Positions 1 through 9,072 of a stretch of DNA of 32,000 nt are shown here, one piece after another (positions within the stretch are counted from its first letter, which is position 1; every line of letters starts with the position of its first letter). The stretch comes from Thermodesulfobacteriota bacterium (GTDB taxonomy: Bacteria; Desulfobacterota; BSN033; UBA1163). The position numbers and the translations under genes were made by a program. The notes beneath the pieces are model-generated. The model was given only the letters and a program-made list of their open reading frames with translations, was not told the DNA's origin and ran no database searches. The DNA lies in NCBI GenBank assembly GCA_026415035.1, contig JAOAHX010000022.1:23026-55025 (forward strand). Direction: 5' to 3'.

Positions 1-134
1 CGAGGAAGGGTATCTGGTGATCGGAAAGGAGGAATCCCTGCCCCTTACCTTTCCTACCCTCTTTGTTCCGGTTCTACCGGATAGAGGCATCTATCAGAAG
101 TTTCTTCCACACCCGTAGGCCAGTGCCTCACCTC

Positions 135-575
135 TCAATAGTGGCGCCAATGCCCTTCGACCCAGACCCTTCTCTCCACATAATAGCCAGGGGTCTCTCG
201 GTATTCATAATGGCCCGGTACCCAGTTTCCACACCGATCGTAGTGGCCCGGGACCCAAACCCTTTCACAGGTACCAGGGACCCATTCCCGAACCACTTCC
301 CAGCGGCCTGGGACATATTCGGTCCGAGGGGGGCAATAGGAGGGCTCTCGAGGGGGAACCAGGACCACCGGAGCAGGAGGAGGTGGCACATGGGCGTGAA
401 TCTGGTGGGCAATCAAGCCTCCTAAGGCCACAGCTCCAAGGGCCATGGCTGCCCCTTGCCAGCGATATCTTGCCTTTGAGCCCGCCTCGGCAGATGGGAT
501 GGTAAGTAGGGTGATAAAGAAGAGGATCAGGACCGATCTCAGAAATTTCTTTCCCATAAACCTCCCTCCTTTCAA
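135..575 (-). CDS. Secreted/exported hypothetical protein with repeated PGxW/PGHY motifs (YXWGXW-like)
   Basis: 146-aa ORF with N-terminal signal sequence (KKFLRSVLILFFITLLTIPSAEA), Pro-rich linker and repeats VPGRWE, VPGTCERVWVPGHYD, NWVPGHYEY, TPGYYVERRVWVEGHW. Start may be the internal Met (MGKKFLRS). Confidence 0.6.
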   Translation of the reverse strand: MKGGRFMGKKFLRSVLILFFITLLTIPSAEAGSKARYRWQGAAMALGAVALGGLIAHQIHAHVPPPPAPVVLVPPREPSYCPPRTEYVPGRWEVVREWVPGTCERVWVPGHYDRCGNWVPGHYEYRETPGYYVERRVWVEGHWRHY

Positions 576-686
576 ACCCTCTGTCTTCGTTTTTGACTCT
601 TTAGACGGCCGAGGAATGGGGTTTATTCAATGGGGCCTAAGGGAATTGGCGGGGATGGGAGGGAGGGGCGTTTCATAGGTCCCTCA

Positions 687-1163
687 TTAAAAATTGGCCG
701 AGAGGGCCAAGATGGCCACGCCTTGGCCCAGCGTCGGACCTCCGATGAGAACCGTCCTGTTCGGGGAGAGCCTTACTTGGGTATTGAGGAGGTCGGTCCC
801 GTCCTTCTTGATCCTCACCCGTAATTCGGCTATGTGGGGTTGAGATCCCAATTGGGTCAATTCGATGGTTCGGCCCTCTTGCATCGGAATGGACGTGGGC
901 TGGTTCGGTACGAGGTTCAACCGCTCATCCCTTAGGAGCCGATAGGAGGTATAGCGAAAGAGGGAGCCCAATTGACCATGGAGGTCCTTCAAAGCGGGAT
1001 CGATGGTGCTTCCCACGTTGGAGGCTTCGATCACCCTCAATCGGGTTTGGACCTGAGCCCCGACGGGGTTGGGAAGGGAACCGAAAAGAATCCCCATCCC
1101 CAGGAGGGAGAGGATAGGGATCACGATAACGGAAATCCATTGGCGTTGCCCTCGAATAGCCAT
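687..1163 (-). CDS. Secreted hypothetical protein downstream of ECF sigma/anti-sigma genes
   Basis: 158-aa ORF with N-terminal hydrophobic segment (WISVIVIPILSLLGMGILFGSL), collinear with the sigma/anti-sigma genes and overlapping the 3' end of the anti-sigma ORF. Confidence 0.6.
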   Translation of the reverse strand: MAIRGQRQWISVIVIPILSLLGMGILFGSLPNPVGAQVQTRLRVIEASNVGSTIDPALKDLHGQLGSLFRYTSYRLLRDERLNLVPNQPTSIPMQEGRTIELTQLGSQPHIAELRVRIKKDGTDLLNTQVRLSPNRTVLIGGPTLGQGVAILALSANF

Positions 1164-1633
1164 ATGACGGTCACCTTCTCCTTTTCGGATTCGTAGACCA
1201 TGACATTATAAACCCCGCTTTCGATAAATTCTACAACAGGTCGATCCAAATCGGAAGGGGTCTTCTTAAAGAGGAGAGGAAGGACAAACAGGAGGAGGGT
1301 TGCCGCCGTGACCACCGCAGGAACCCAGATCTTCTTTCTCATCAGGTGCGCCAGATCGAGAGAGGAGCGGAACCCTTCCCACCAAGAGGGCTCCTTTTGT
1401 TCTCGGAGGCCCCTTTCGATTTTCTCCCATATCCAAGGGAAGGTTTCGTCCTTCAAGGCCTCTTCGACAGGGGCTTTCAGGGCTGCCCTCAATCGTTCGA
1501 GACCTTGAAGGGTTTCGGTGCAGGGTTTGCAGGTGCGGAGGTGATGTTCGACGAGGGCCTTCTCCTCCTCCGTGGCCTGATGGTCGAAATATCTCTCGAG
1601 GAGTCTCGTGATGGATTGGCAAGGACCTTTCAT
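1121..1633 (-). CDS. Anti-sigma factor with zinc-binding (ZAS-like) domain and one TM helix
   Basis: HHLRTCKPC (Hx3Cx2C) motif, predicted TM segment VPAVVTAATLLLFVLPLLF, start overlaps stop of the sigma factor gene (ATGA at 1630-1633). Confidence 0.85.
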   Translation of the reverse strand: MKGPCQSITRLLERYFDHQATEEEKALVEHHLRTCKPCTETLQGLERLRAALKAPVEEALKDETFPWIWEKIERGLREQKEPSWWEGFRSSLDLAHLMRKKIWVPAVVTAATLLLFVLPLLFKKTPSDLDRPVVEFIESGVYNVMVYESEKEKVTVIWLFEGNANGFPLS

Positions 1634-2199
1634 CGGTTTCCTTCCCCTTTAAGGTGGTCTTTCAAAAGTTCCAGAAGTCTCTTCCTCCCATAATGGAGAC
1701 GGGACATCACGGTGCCGATGGAACAGCCCATCGTCTCGGCAATCTCGGCATAGGAGAGTTCCTCGATCTCCCGGAGCAGGAGGGCCGATCGCTGCTCACG
1801 GGGGAGTTGATCGATCGCCCATTTCATGATGGCTTCGAGTTCCTTTCGAGCCGCCAGCTGGTCCGGCCGTCCCTCCTCCGCCTCGACGGCCCGGATGTCT
1901 CCCGTTGCTTCGAGGCTGACCCCCGGAGTCTTCTTCGACCGCCGACAATGATCGATCGCCGCATTCAGGGTCAGACGATAGAGGTAGGTCGAGAGGGTCG
2001 ATTTCCCTTTGAAACCTTTTAAGGAACGGAAAAGCTTGATAAAAACTTCCTGCACCACATCGAGGGCGTCCTCCCTCCTTCGAACCACGCCGTAAGCGAT
2101 CCGGTAGACCCTCCGATGGTGCTGCTCAAAGATTTCCCTCATCGCGGTCTGATCGCCTTGTTGGCAGCGCTTAATCAGCTCGGCTTCTTTCTCATCCAA
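1630..2199 (-). CDS. RNA polymerase sigma factor, ECF (sigma-70 family)
   Basis: Region 2 (YRIAYGVVRRREDALDVVQEVFIKLFRSLKGFKGKSTLSTYLYRLTLNAAID) and region 4 (LPREQRSALLLREIEELSYAEIAETMGCSIGTVMSRLHYGRKRL). Confidence 0.95.
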   Translation of the reverse strand: MDEKEAELIKRCQQGDQTAMREIFEQHHRRVYRIAYGVVRRREDALDVVQEVFIKLFRSLKGFKGKSTLSTYLYRLTLNAAIDHCRRSKKTPGVSLEATGDIRAVEAEEGRPDQLAARKELEAIMKWAIDQLPREQRSALLLREIEELSYAEIAETMGCSIGTVMSRLHYGRKRLLELLKDHLKGEGNR

Positions 2200-2295
2200 T
2201 CGACCTTACCTCTTTAGACGAAAGGGGATGGGAATTATTCATCTGCCTTGATTTTGGGACCCCATTAGTGTAAAACTTCCCAACAGGCTGGGCAA

Positions 2296-2589
2296 ATGGA
2301 AGGCCTCAAGCGCATCCTCTTCCTCCTCATCGGGTGGTTCTTCATCGGGTTGGGTCTCCTGGGTCTCTTTCTCCCCTTCCTTCAAGGGATTCTCTTCCTC
2401 ATGATCGGCCTTCTCATTCTTTCCACCCATAGCACCAGGGTCAAGGGGTGGGTGAGACGTTTTGAAGAACGTCATCCTCATTATCATGAGCATATGGAGA
2501 AGTGGAGGGGAAAATTGAGAAAGTGGTTTAAGAGGGGCGAAAAGGCGGAGGAGCCCTCCCGGGGGGAAGAAAAGAAGCCTCTGGGCTGA
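2296..2589 (+). CDS. Small membrane protein (DUF454/PGPGW-like)
   Basis: 97-aa ORF with a hydrophobic N-terminal half and charged C-terminus, same strand and just upstream of the HD-GYP gene. Confidence 0.6.
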   Translation: MEGLKRILFLLIGWFFIGLGLLGLFLPFLQGILFLMIGLLILSTHSTRVKGWVRRFEERHPHYHEHMEKWRGKLRKWFKRGEKAEEPSRGEEKKPLG

Positions 2590-2599
2590 GGAGATTTCA

Positions 2600-3721
2600 A
2601 TGCCTGAGGGGGATGTGAAAGGGTTGGAGACGCTCGAACGGATCGAAGAGAGGGCCGAGAGGCTTCGTCTGCTGTCTCATCTGGGACAGATTCTGAATTC
2701 CACCCTCGATCCCAGGGAGGTCAGGAAGAGGGCGATGGAGGCGGCCACCCAGCTCATGAAGGCCGAAGTGGGCTCACTCCTCCTCATCGACGAGGCGAAG
2801 CATCGGCTTTATTTTGAAGTCGCCTTGGGCGAGAAAGGGGAGGCGGTGAAGGAGATCGCCCTTAACCTCGGCGAGGGGATAGCGGGATGGGTGGCAGAGC
2901 AGGGGGAGCCATTGATCGTCAACACCCCCGGACAGGACCTGCGCTTTTATAAAGGGGTGGATGAGCGGACCGATTTTGAGACGAGGAATCTCATCTGCGT
3001 TCCCGTCAAGATCAAAGGAAGGACGATCGGTGTGTTGGAGGCGATCAACAAGAGGGATGGAGGGGCCTTCGACGAGGAGGACCTCCTTCTTCTCCAATCC
3101 CTCTCCGACCAGGTGGCCATCGCCCTGGACAACGCCCGACTCTACCAGGAATTGGAGGAGATGTTTTTTGAGACGGCCGAATCTCTTGCCGATGCGATCG
3201 AGAAGCGGGACCCCTATACCGGCGGGCATACGAAGAGGGTGACCCAATACAGCCTGGCCATTGCGAGGCAGCTTCGATGGAAACCCGAGGAGATGAAGTG
3301 GCTGAAGATCTCGGCGGCACTCCACGATATCGGCAAGATCGGGATCGACGATCAGATTCTACGGAAGCCGGACCGACTGGCCCCGGAAGAATACCAAGCG
3401 ATTAAGCGCCATGCCGCGTTAGGGGCGGAGATCATCGACCACATCAAGCAGCTCAAGCGGATCGTCCCGGGGATCCGACATCATCATGAGCAGCTGGATG
3501 GCAAGGGGTATCCAGAGGGTTTAAGGGGAGCGGAGATCCCGGAGGTGGCCAAGATCATCGCCGTGGCCGATACCTATGATGCCATGACCACGGATCGGCC
3601 CTATCGGAAAGGAATGAGCAAAGAGGTGGCCTTCAGAGAATTGAAGAGGTGTTCGGGAACCCAGTTCGACGAGGCCGTGGTTCAGGCCTTTATCAAAGCC
3701 TATGAGGCGGGAGAGGTGTGA
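2600..3721 (+). CDS. GAF domain plus HD-GYP domain phosphohydrolase (probable c-di-GMP phosphodiesterase)
   Basis: GAF-like N-terminus (VGSLLLIDEAKHRLYFEVALGEKGEAVKE) and HD-GYP signature (ALHDIGKIGIDDQIL, HHEQLDGKGYPEGL, DTYDAMTTDRPYRK). Confidence 0.92.
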   Translation: MPEGDVKGLETLERIEERAERLRLLSHLGQILNSTLDPREVRKRAMEAATQLMKAEVGSLLLIDEAKHRLYFEVALGEKGEAVKEIALNLGEGIAGWVAEQGEPLIVNTPGQDLRFYKGVDERTDFETRNLICVPVKIKGRTIGVLEAINKRDGGAFDEEDLLLLQSLSDQVAIALDNARLYQELEEMFFETAESLADAIEKRDPYTGGHTKRVTQYSLAIARQLRWKPEEMKWLKISAALHDIGKIGIDDQILRKPDRLAPEEYQAIKRHAALGAEIIDHIKQLKRIVPGIRHHHEQLDGKGYPEGLRGAEIPEVAKIIAVADTYDAMTTDRPYRKGMSKEVAFRELKRCSGTQFDEAVVQAFIKAYEAGEV

Positions 3722-6155
3722 AGACCCTGAGTTGACCGCAGGGGGTTCGGAAGGGGCAAGGAGGTCCCTCGGCAGGGAGACCTCTGGCCTGTCCATCGAA
3801 GAGGTCCTTCAGACGTGGAAGCGGACGAAAGGGATCTCCTCCTGTATCACGGCCCTGCGGGTGTTTGAGAAGAGGGAGGGAGAATACCGGCCCGTTCCGG
3901 ACTTCCTCCACCCCCTCTTGAGAGAGGCCCTGAAGTCGAAAGGGATTGCCACGCTCTACTCCCACCAGGCCGAAGCCCTGCGGTCCATTCAGGAAGGCCG
4001 CGATGTGGTCATCGTGACCCCCACCGCGTCAGGGAAGACCCTCTGTTACAACCTTCCGGTCTTGAATCAGAAGCTTTCCGACCCCTCCACCAAAGCCTTC
4101 TATCTCTTTCCTACGAAGGCCCTGTCTCAGGATCAGAGGGTTGAGCTTCAGGATCTGATCGAGAGGGTGGGGAGACCCATCCGGGCGTTCACCTATGATG
4201 GGGACACCCCGGCCGAGGCCCGGCAGGCGATCCGAAGCCAGGGCGATGTCGTCATCACCAATCCGGATATGCTCCATACGGGCATCCTTCCCCACCATAC
4301 CAAGTGGGCGTCCTTCTTCCAGGGACTGAGGTTCGTGGTGATCGATGAACTCCACACCTACCGAGGCGTCTTCGGCTCCCATATGACCAATGTCTTGAGA
4401 CGGTTGAAGCGGATCTGCGAATTTTACGGGGCCTCGCCCCAGTTCATCTGTTGCTCCGCCACGATCGCCAATCCGAAAGATTTGGCAGAGAGGCTTCTGG
4501 AACGGCCCACCGTTTTGATTGACCGAAACGGCGCTCCCTCCTCCGAGAAGATCTTTCTCTTCTACAACCCCCCTCTCGTCAACAAGGAGCTCGGGATCCG
4601 GGGGAACCCTCTCCATGCGGCGAGGCGACTGGCCACCCCTTTCCTCCAGAAGGGCATCCAGACCATCCTTTTTGCCACGAGCCGGCTACAGGTCGAGGTG
4701 CTGACCAAATATCTCAAGGACCGATTTGAGAAGGAGATCGGAGACAGGGGGAAGGTGAGGGGCTATCGGGGCGGTTATCTCCCGGAGGTTCGGCGGGAGA
4801 TCGAAAGGGGGTTGCGAGAAGGAGCGGTGAAGGCGGTCGTCTCCACCAATGCCCTCGAACTCGGGATCGACATCGGCGACCTCGACGTCTGCCTCATCGT
4901 GGGCTACCCCGGGACCATCGCCAGCACCTACCAACAGGCCGGCAGGGTGGGGAGGCGGGGGGAGAGATCGCTGGTGGTGCTCATCGCGAGAAGCCTGCCC
5001 CTGGACCAGTTCATCGTGGAAAATCCGGACTACTTCTTCGGAAGGTCGCCGGAATATGGATTGATCAATCCCGACAACCTCCTCATCTTGCTCAGCCACC
5101 TTCAGTGCGCGGCCTTCGAGCTCCCCTTTCGGGAAGGGGAACGTTTCGGAAAAGAGGACCTGAAGGAGATGCTCCAATTTCTTGAAGAGAAGGGGATCCT
5201 CCATCAGGCGAACCGACACTGGTACTGGGCCCGGGAGGCCTATCCCGCGGAGAAGGTGAGCCTTCGGTCCTCCTCCGAGGAGAACTTCGTCGTCGTCGAT
5301 ACGACGAAGAAGAAGGAGGAGGTCATCGCCGAGGTCGACTTCGTCGCCGCCCATACCACCCTCTATGAGGGCGCGGTCTACCTCTGTGAATCCGAGATCT
5401 ATTCGGTGGAGAGGCTGGATTACCCCAACCGGAGGGCCTATGTCAAAAAGGCCGAAGGGGATTATTACACCGAGGCCATCGACTATACCGATGTCGCCAT
5501 CCTGGAAGGATTTGCGGCGAGACAGGGGGAGGGGATCGTCTATGAGCATGGCGAGGTGAGGGTCCTGACGCGCCTGGTGGGCTACAAAAAGATCAAATTC
5601 TATACCCTCGAGAACTTGGGGTACGGGAAGATCGAACTGCCGGACCTCCAATTTCACACCGCCGCTTACTGGATGACCTTTCGTAAGGAATGGCTGGATC
5701 GGTTGCCCTATTCCAGACTGGAGTTGATCGAAGGGGTGTTGGGCCTGAGTTATGCCCTCCATTCCGTCGCTTCCCTCCATCTCATGTGCGATCCCCATGA
5801 CCTCAACCGCTGTGTGGGAGACCGGGGAGCCCGATGGTTCCTGCGGCTCTCGAGAGATGCCCAAGGGTGGTATTCCTTCTGCGAACCAGAGGAGGTCTCG
5901 AAGGAGACCCTCGGCCCCTTCGAGCCCACCCTCTTCCTCTACGAGAACTATCCCGGAGGGATTGGGTTCAGTCCACAGCTCTTCGACGACACACCGGTGC
6001 TTCTCGAGAAAGCGGAGAGGCTGATTTCCAAATGCGATTGCGCCCACGGATGCCCCTCCTGTGTGGGACCGGTGAAAGAGGTGGGAGAGAAGTCGAAAAG
6101 GGTGGCCCAGGCCTTGTTGAAAGAAATTTTGAGGCTCGGAGTCCAGAGGGGGTAG
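3702..6155 (+). CDS. DEAD/DEAH-box helicase with C-terminal Cys cluster (YprA/MrfA-like, DUF1998)
   Basis: TPTASGKTLCYNLP (Walker A), VIDELHTY (DEVH-like), SATIANP, TNALELGIDIGDLD, QQAGRVGRRG, and C-terminal CDCAHGCPSCVG. True start may be downstream of 3702 because the first ~30 aa look non-native. Confidence 0.93.
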   Translation: MRRERCEDPELTAGGSEGARRSLGRETSGLSIEEVLQTWKRTKGISSCITALRVFEKREGEYRPVPDFLHPLLREALKSKGIATLYSHQAEALRSIQEGRDVVIVTPTASGKTLCYNLPVLNQKLSDPSTKAFYLFPTKALSQDQRVELQDLIERVGRPIRAFTYDGDTPAEARQAIRSQGDVVITNPDMLHTGILPHHTKWASFFQGLRFVVIDELHTYRGVFGSHMTNVLRRLKRICEFYGASPQFICCSATIANPKDLAERLLERPTVLIDRNGAPSSEKIFLFYNPPLVNKELGIRGNPLHAARRLATPFLQKGIQTILFATSRLQVEVLTKYLKDRFEKEIGDRGKVRGYRGGYLPEVRREIERGLREGAVKAVVSTNALELGIDIGDLDVCLIVGYPGTIASTYQQAGRVGRRGERSLVVLIARSLPLDQFIVENPDYFFGRSPEYGLINPDNLLILLSHLQCAAFELPFREGERFGKEDLKEMLQFLEEKGILHQANRHWYWAREAYPAEKVSLRSSSEENFVVVDTTKKKEEVIAEVDFVAAHTTLYEGAVYLCESEIYSVERLDYPNRRAYVKKAEGDYYTEAIDYTDVAILEGFAARQGEGIVYEHGEVRVLTRLVGYKKIKFYTLENLGYGKIELPDLQFHTAAYWMTFRKEWLDRLPYSRLELIEGVLGLSYALHSVASLHLMCDPHDLNRCVGDRGARWFLRLSRDAQGWYSFCEPEEVSKETLGPFEPTLFLYENYPGGIGFSPQLFDDTPVLLEKAERLISKCDCAHGCPSCVGPVKEVGEKSKRVAQALLKEILRLGVQRG

Positions 6156-6209
6156 GGAAGATCGAGAAAAGGTCCAGTCCCCTTCCAAGGGCTTGGAAGT
6201 TTTCAATCG

Positions 6210-7493
6210 ATGGAATTGAAAGAGCGACTTCGTCAGCTGACCTCGTTATGGAAGGCCCCCGGTCTCCCTCCCGAGGGCGGGCGGGAAGGAGACCTGAGGC
6301 GCCCTTTTGAAGAAGGATTGCCGGAAGGACGCCCCCCTTGGCATCGAGAGCCCATCCCCATCGAGAGGCTGATCGAAGGAGAGGTCGTCAACACCCCCGA
6401 GGGCACTACCTTTCGGACCGAGACATATTACCCTCCCCAATTTCGATATGGGGCGATGACCCTGGCCGAGATCCATACCATTCCCACCTATCCGGCCCAC
6501 CTCCTGGTCAGGGATGATCGCCTCAAATCGCTCGACCTTCAAAAGACCCTCTTCCTCGATACCGAGACCACGGGCCTTTCAGGCGGGACAGGGACCCTGG
6601 CCTTTCTGATCGGCTTGGGATTCTTTCGCGGGGAGGGTTTTATCATCCGACAGCTCTTCGTGAGAGATTTCTCTGAAGAGAGGGCCGCCCTCTCCCTTCT
6701 CGAAGAGACGCTCACCTCCTTCGGGTTTCTCGTCACCTTCAACGGCCGCCATTATGACGTCCCCCTTCTTGAGACCCGGATGATCCTATCGAGGATACGC
6801 ACCCGGATCCGGGAGATTCCCAACTTCGACCTCCTCTATCCATCGCGGAAGATCTGGCGAGGGGCCTATGAGAACTGCAGGCTGGTGACGCTCGAGGCCA
6901 GGCTCCTGGGAATGGAGCGAGAGGAGGATGTGCCCTCGGAATGGATTCCTTCCCTCTATTTCGAGTACCTTCAGACCCGGGATGCGAGAAAGATCCACCG
7001 GGTCTTCTACCACAACCGGATGGACATCCTGGCGATGGTGGCGCTCACGGCGAGGATCCATCTCATCTATCACGATCCTCAGGCCGCCCGTCCGAAGAAA
7101 GGGATCGAGCACTTCTCGCTGGGTCGGCTCTTCTGGGATCATGGGGAACGGGAGAAGGCCATCCCCTGCTTCGAGGCCGCCCTGAAACGGTGTGACGATG
7201 AACTGGCCTGGGAGGTGATGAAATGGCTTTCCATGGCATTGAAGCGGACGGGGAGGATCGAACAGGCGAGGTCGGTCTGGGAGGAGATGTTGAGCTTCCC
7301 CCACCCCAAGGATGCCCATCCCTACCTCGAGCTGGCCAAATTTCATGAGCATCGGCTGAAGGACTTTAAAAAGGCCATGGACTATGTGGACCGGGCCTTG
7401 GCCCTGACCCCTTCCCACCAAGGGAGGGAGATCGAAAGCCTCCTCCTGAGGAAGGGCCGATTGGCGAAGAAGTCCCGCAATGCGACTCCCTGA
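6210..7493 (+). CDS. YprB-like ribonuclease H-like (DEDD-type) exonuclease with C-terminal TPR-like region (MrfB-like)
   Basis: LFLDTETTGLSGGTG, VTFNGRHYDVPLLETR and VFYHNRMDILAM motifs; TPR-like repeats at the C-terminus; directly downstream of the YprA-like helicase. Confidence 0.85.
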   Translation: MELKERLRQLTSLWKAPGLPPEGGREGDLRRPFEEGLPEGRPPWHREPIPIERLIEGEVVNTPEGTTFRTETYYPPQFRYGAMTLAEIHTIPTYPAHLLVRDDRLKSLDLQKTLFLDTETTGLSGGTGTLAFLIGLGFFRGEGFIIRQLFVRDFSEERAALSLLEETLTSFGFLVTFNGRHYDVPLLETRMILSRIRTRIREIPNFDLLYPSRKIWRGAYENCRLVTLEARLLGMEREEDVPSEWIPSLYFEYLQTRDARKIHRVFYHNRMDILAMVALTARIHLIYHDPQAARPKKGIEHFSLGRLFWDHGEREKAIPCFEAALKRCDDELAWEVMKWLSMALKRTGRIEQARSVWEEMLSFPHPKDAHPYLELAKFHEHRLKDFKKAMDYVDRALALTPSHQGREIESLLLRKGRLAKKSRNATP

Positions 7494-8715
7494 GCGGTAT
7501 CGGTGGTTGCTCTGGCTCTCCCTTGCCGAGATCGGCACGATGCTCGTCTTCAACAATTACGCCGCCCTCCTCCCCATCCTTCAGAAAGAGTGGTCCTTGA
7601 CCAACAGCCAGGCGGGGTGGATCTACTCCTCCTATCAGATCGGTTACCTCCTCGCCGTCGTCCTCCTGACCTCGCTCACCGATTACGTCCCGACCCCATA
7701 TATCTATATCCTCTCCTCCTTCTGGGCGGGGGGGGCCGGGATGCTCTTTGCGTTCTGGGCAGAGGGGTTTAACTCCGCCCTCATCCTGAGGACGCTCATG
7801 GGCATCGGGTTTGCCGGGACCTATATGCCCGGATTGCGGATGGTCTCCGAGCGATTCGGGCCGTTCGAGAGAGGCCGGGCCGTCGGGATCTATGTGGGGA
7901 CGTTCACCCTGGGAGCGGCCATCTCCCTCTTCGTCACCGGCACGCTCTATTCCCTTTACTCCTGGAGATGGGCCTTCTTCCTGACCTCCCTTGGGCCGAT
8001 GCTGGGAGGGTTTCTTGCCCTCTTCACCTTCGGCAAGGGGGCTGCAGCAAAGGGAGAGGAGGGAAGGAGGATGCCCCTTCGAGAGATTTTGAACCACCGG
8101 CCGGCCTTGCGCATGATCGGGGGATATGCGGCCCATATGTGGGAGATGTTTGGGATGAGAGGGTGGATCGTCGCCTTTCTGACCGCCTGCCTCCTCACCG
8201 ACCAGGGGGGCATCGAGAAGGCCACGAGCCTCAGCGCGGTGATCGCCTCCTTCGTGACGCTGGCAGGAGCCCTCTCCAATGCCATAGGCGGAGCCCTCTC
8301 CGATCGCTTTGGAAGGGTCCCCACGATCATCGTCGTGATGGTGGGGAGCAGCCTCCTCTCCCTGTCGATCGGATGGATGAGAGGCGCCCCTTTGCCCTGG
8401 ATCGTGGGCCTCTCGATCCTGTATGGATTCCTGGTGACGGGAGAATCTTCGGTGCTCTCCACCGGAATCACGGAACTGGCCCCCCGGGGAGGGTTGGGAA
8501 GAACCCTGGCCCTACAATCCTTCCTCGGATGGACAGCGGCCTCCCTGTCTCCGATTGCCTTTGGGTTCGTGCTGGATCTGACCAACCCCGCGGAAGCGGC
8601 GGTTCGAACGGGATATGTCGCCAACTGGGGGTGGGCCTTCATGGTCCTGGGATTGGGAGCGATGATCGGCCCTTTCCTTCTCTGGCCTTTGAAGCAAAAA
8701 CCCCTTGACAGGTAG
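7480..8715 (+). CDS. MFS transporter
   Basis: 411 aa, multiple TM segments, MFS-type motif GGALSDRFGRVPTIIV; overlaps upstream gene by 14 nt. Confidence 0.85.
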   Translation: MRLPERYRWLLWLSLAEIGTMLVFNNYAALLPILQKEWSLTNSQAGWIYSSYQIGYLLAVVLLTSLTDYVPTPYIYILSSFWAGGAGMLFAFWAEGFNSALILRTLMGIGFAGTYMPGLRMVSERFGPFERGRAVGIYVGTFTLGAAISLFVTGTLYSLYSWRWAFFLTSLGPMLGGFLALFTFGKGAAAKGEEGRRMPLREILNHRPALRMIGGYAAHMWEMFGMRGWIVAFLTACLLTDQGGIEKATSLSAVIASFVTLAGALSNAIGGALSDRFGRVPTIIVVMVGSSLLSLSIGWMRGAPLPWIVGLSILYGFLVTGESSVLSTGITELAPRGGLGRTLALQSFLGWTAASLSPIAFGFVLDLTNPAEAAVRTGYVANWGWAFMVLGLGAMIGPFLLWPLKQKPLDR

Positions 8716-8792
8716 GGATCGAATTTTTATATTATCGGGGCAAAGGGAAATGGTAGAGGTCCACGACCTCGAGAAGGAGGGAGGAAGAGCGG

Positions 8793-8957
8793 ATGCCCAC
8801 CTACGACTATCATTGCCCGAAATGCAAGAAGAAATTCTCTCTCGTGATGAGCATCAAGGATCACGATGAGGGGAAAGCCAAATGCCCCAAATGTGGCAAT
8901 AAAAAGGTTGAACAGCAAATCAGTCTCTTCCAGGCCAAGACCTCGAGGAAGAGTTAA
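8793..8957 (+). CDS. FmdB-family zinc ribbon protein (54 aa), not in the supplied ORF track
   Basis: Translated by hand: MPTYDYHCPKCKKKFSLVMSIKDHDEGKAKCPKCGNKKVEQQISLFQAKTSRKS*, with two CPxC knuckles; GGAGG upstream. Confidence 0.85.
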   Translation: MPTYDYHCPKCKKKFSLVMSIKDHDEGKAKCPKCGNKKVEQQISLFQAKTSRKS

Positions 8958-9005
8958 CCCCTGCCATCACCCGATCCGAATCCCCCGACTCCCCCAGTCG
9001 AATCT

Positions 9006-9048
9006 TTCCGAGACCGAGAGGTGAGCCGTCTCGGAAGGGATATCCCTT
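9006..9048. terminator. Inverted repeat between convergent genes, candidate bidirectional terminator
   Basis: TTCCGAGAC (9006-9014) ... GTCTCGGAA (9028-9036), perfect 9-bp arms, followed by 14-bp palindrome AAGGGATATCCCTT (9035-9048). Convergent genes end at 8957 (+) and 9073 (-). Confidence 0.45.
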
Positions 9049-9072
9049 TGCACCGAAGGGGCCTCTTTTTCC

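Noticed and set aside
4686-6206. 506-aa minus-strand ORF antisense to the helicase
   Set aside because: Shadow ORF. The plus strand has clear helicase motifs throughout; the antisense translation is low-complexity and motif-free.
6941-7195. Small ORFs nested in the YprB-like and other genes
   Set aside because: No ribosome-binding site or composition support; the enclosing frames carry conserved domains.
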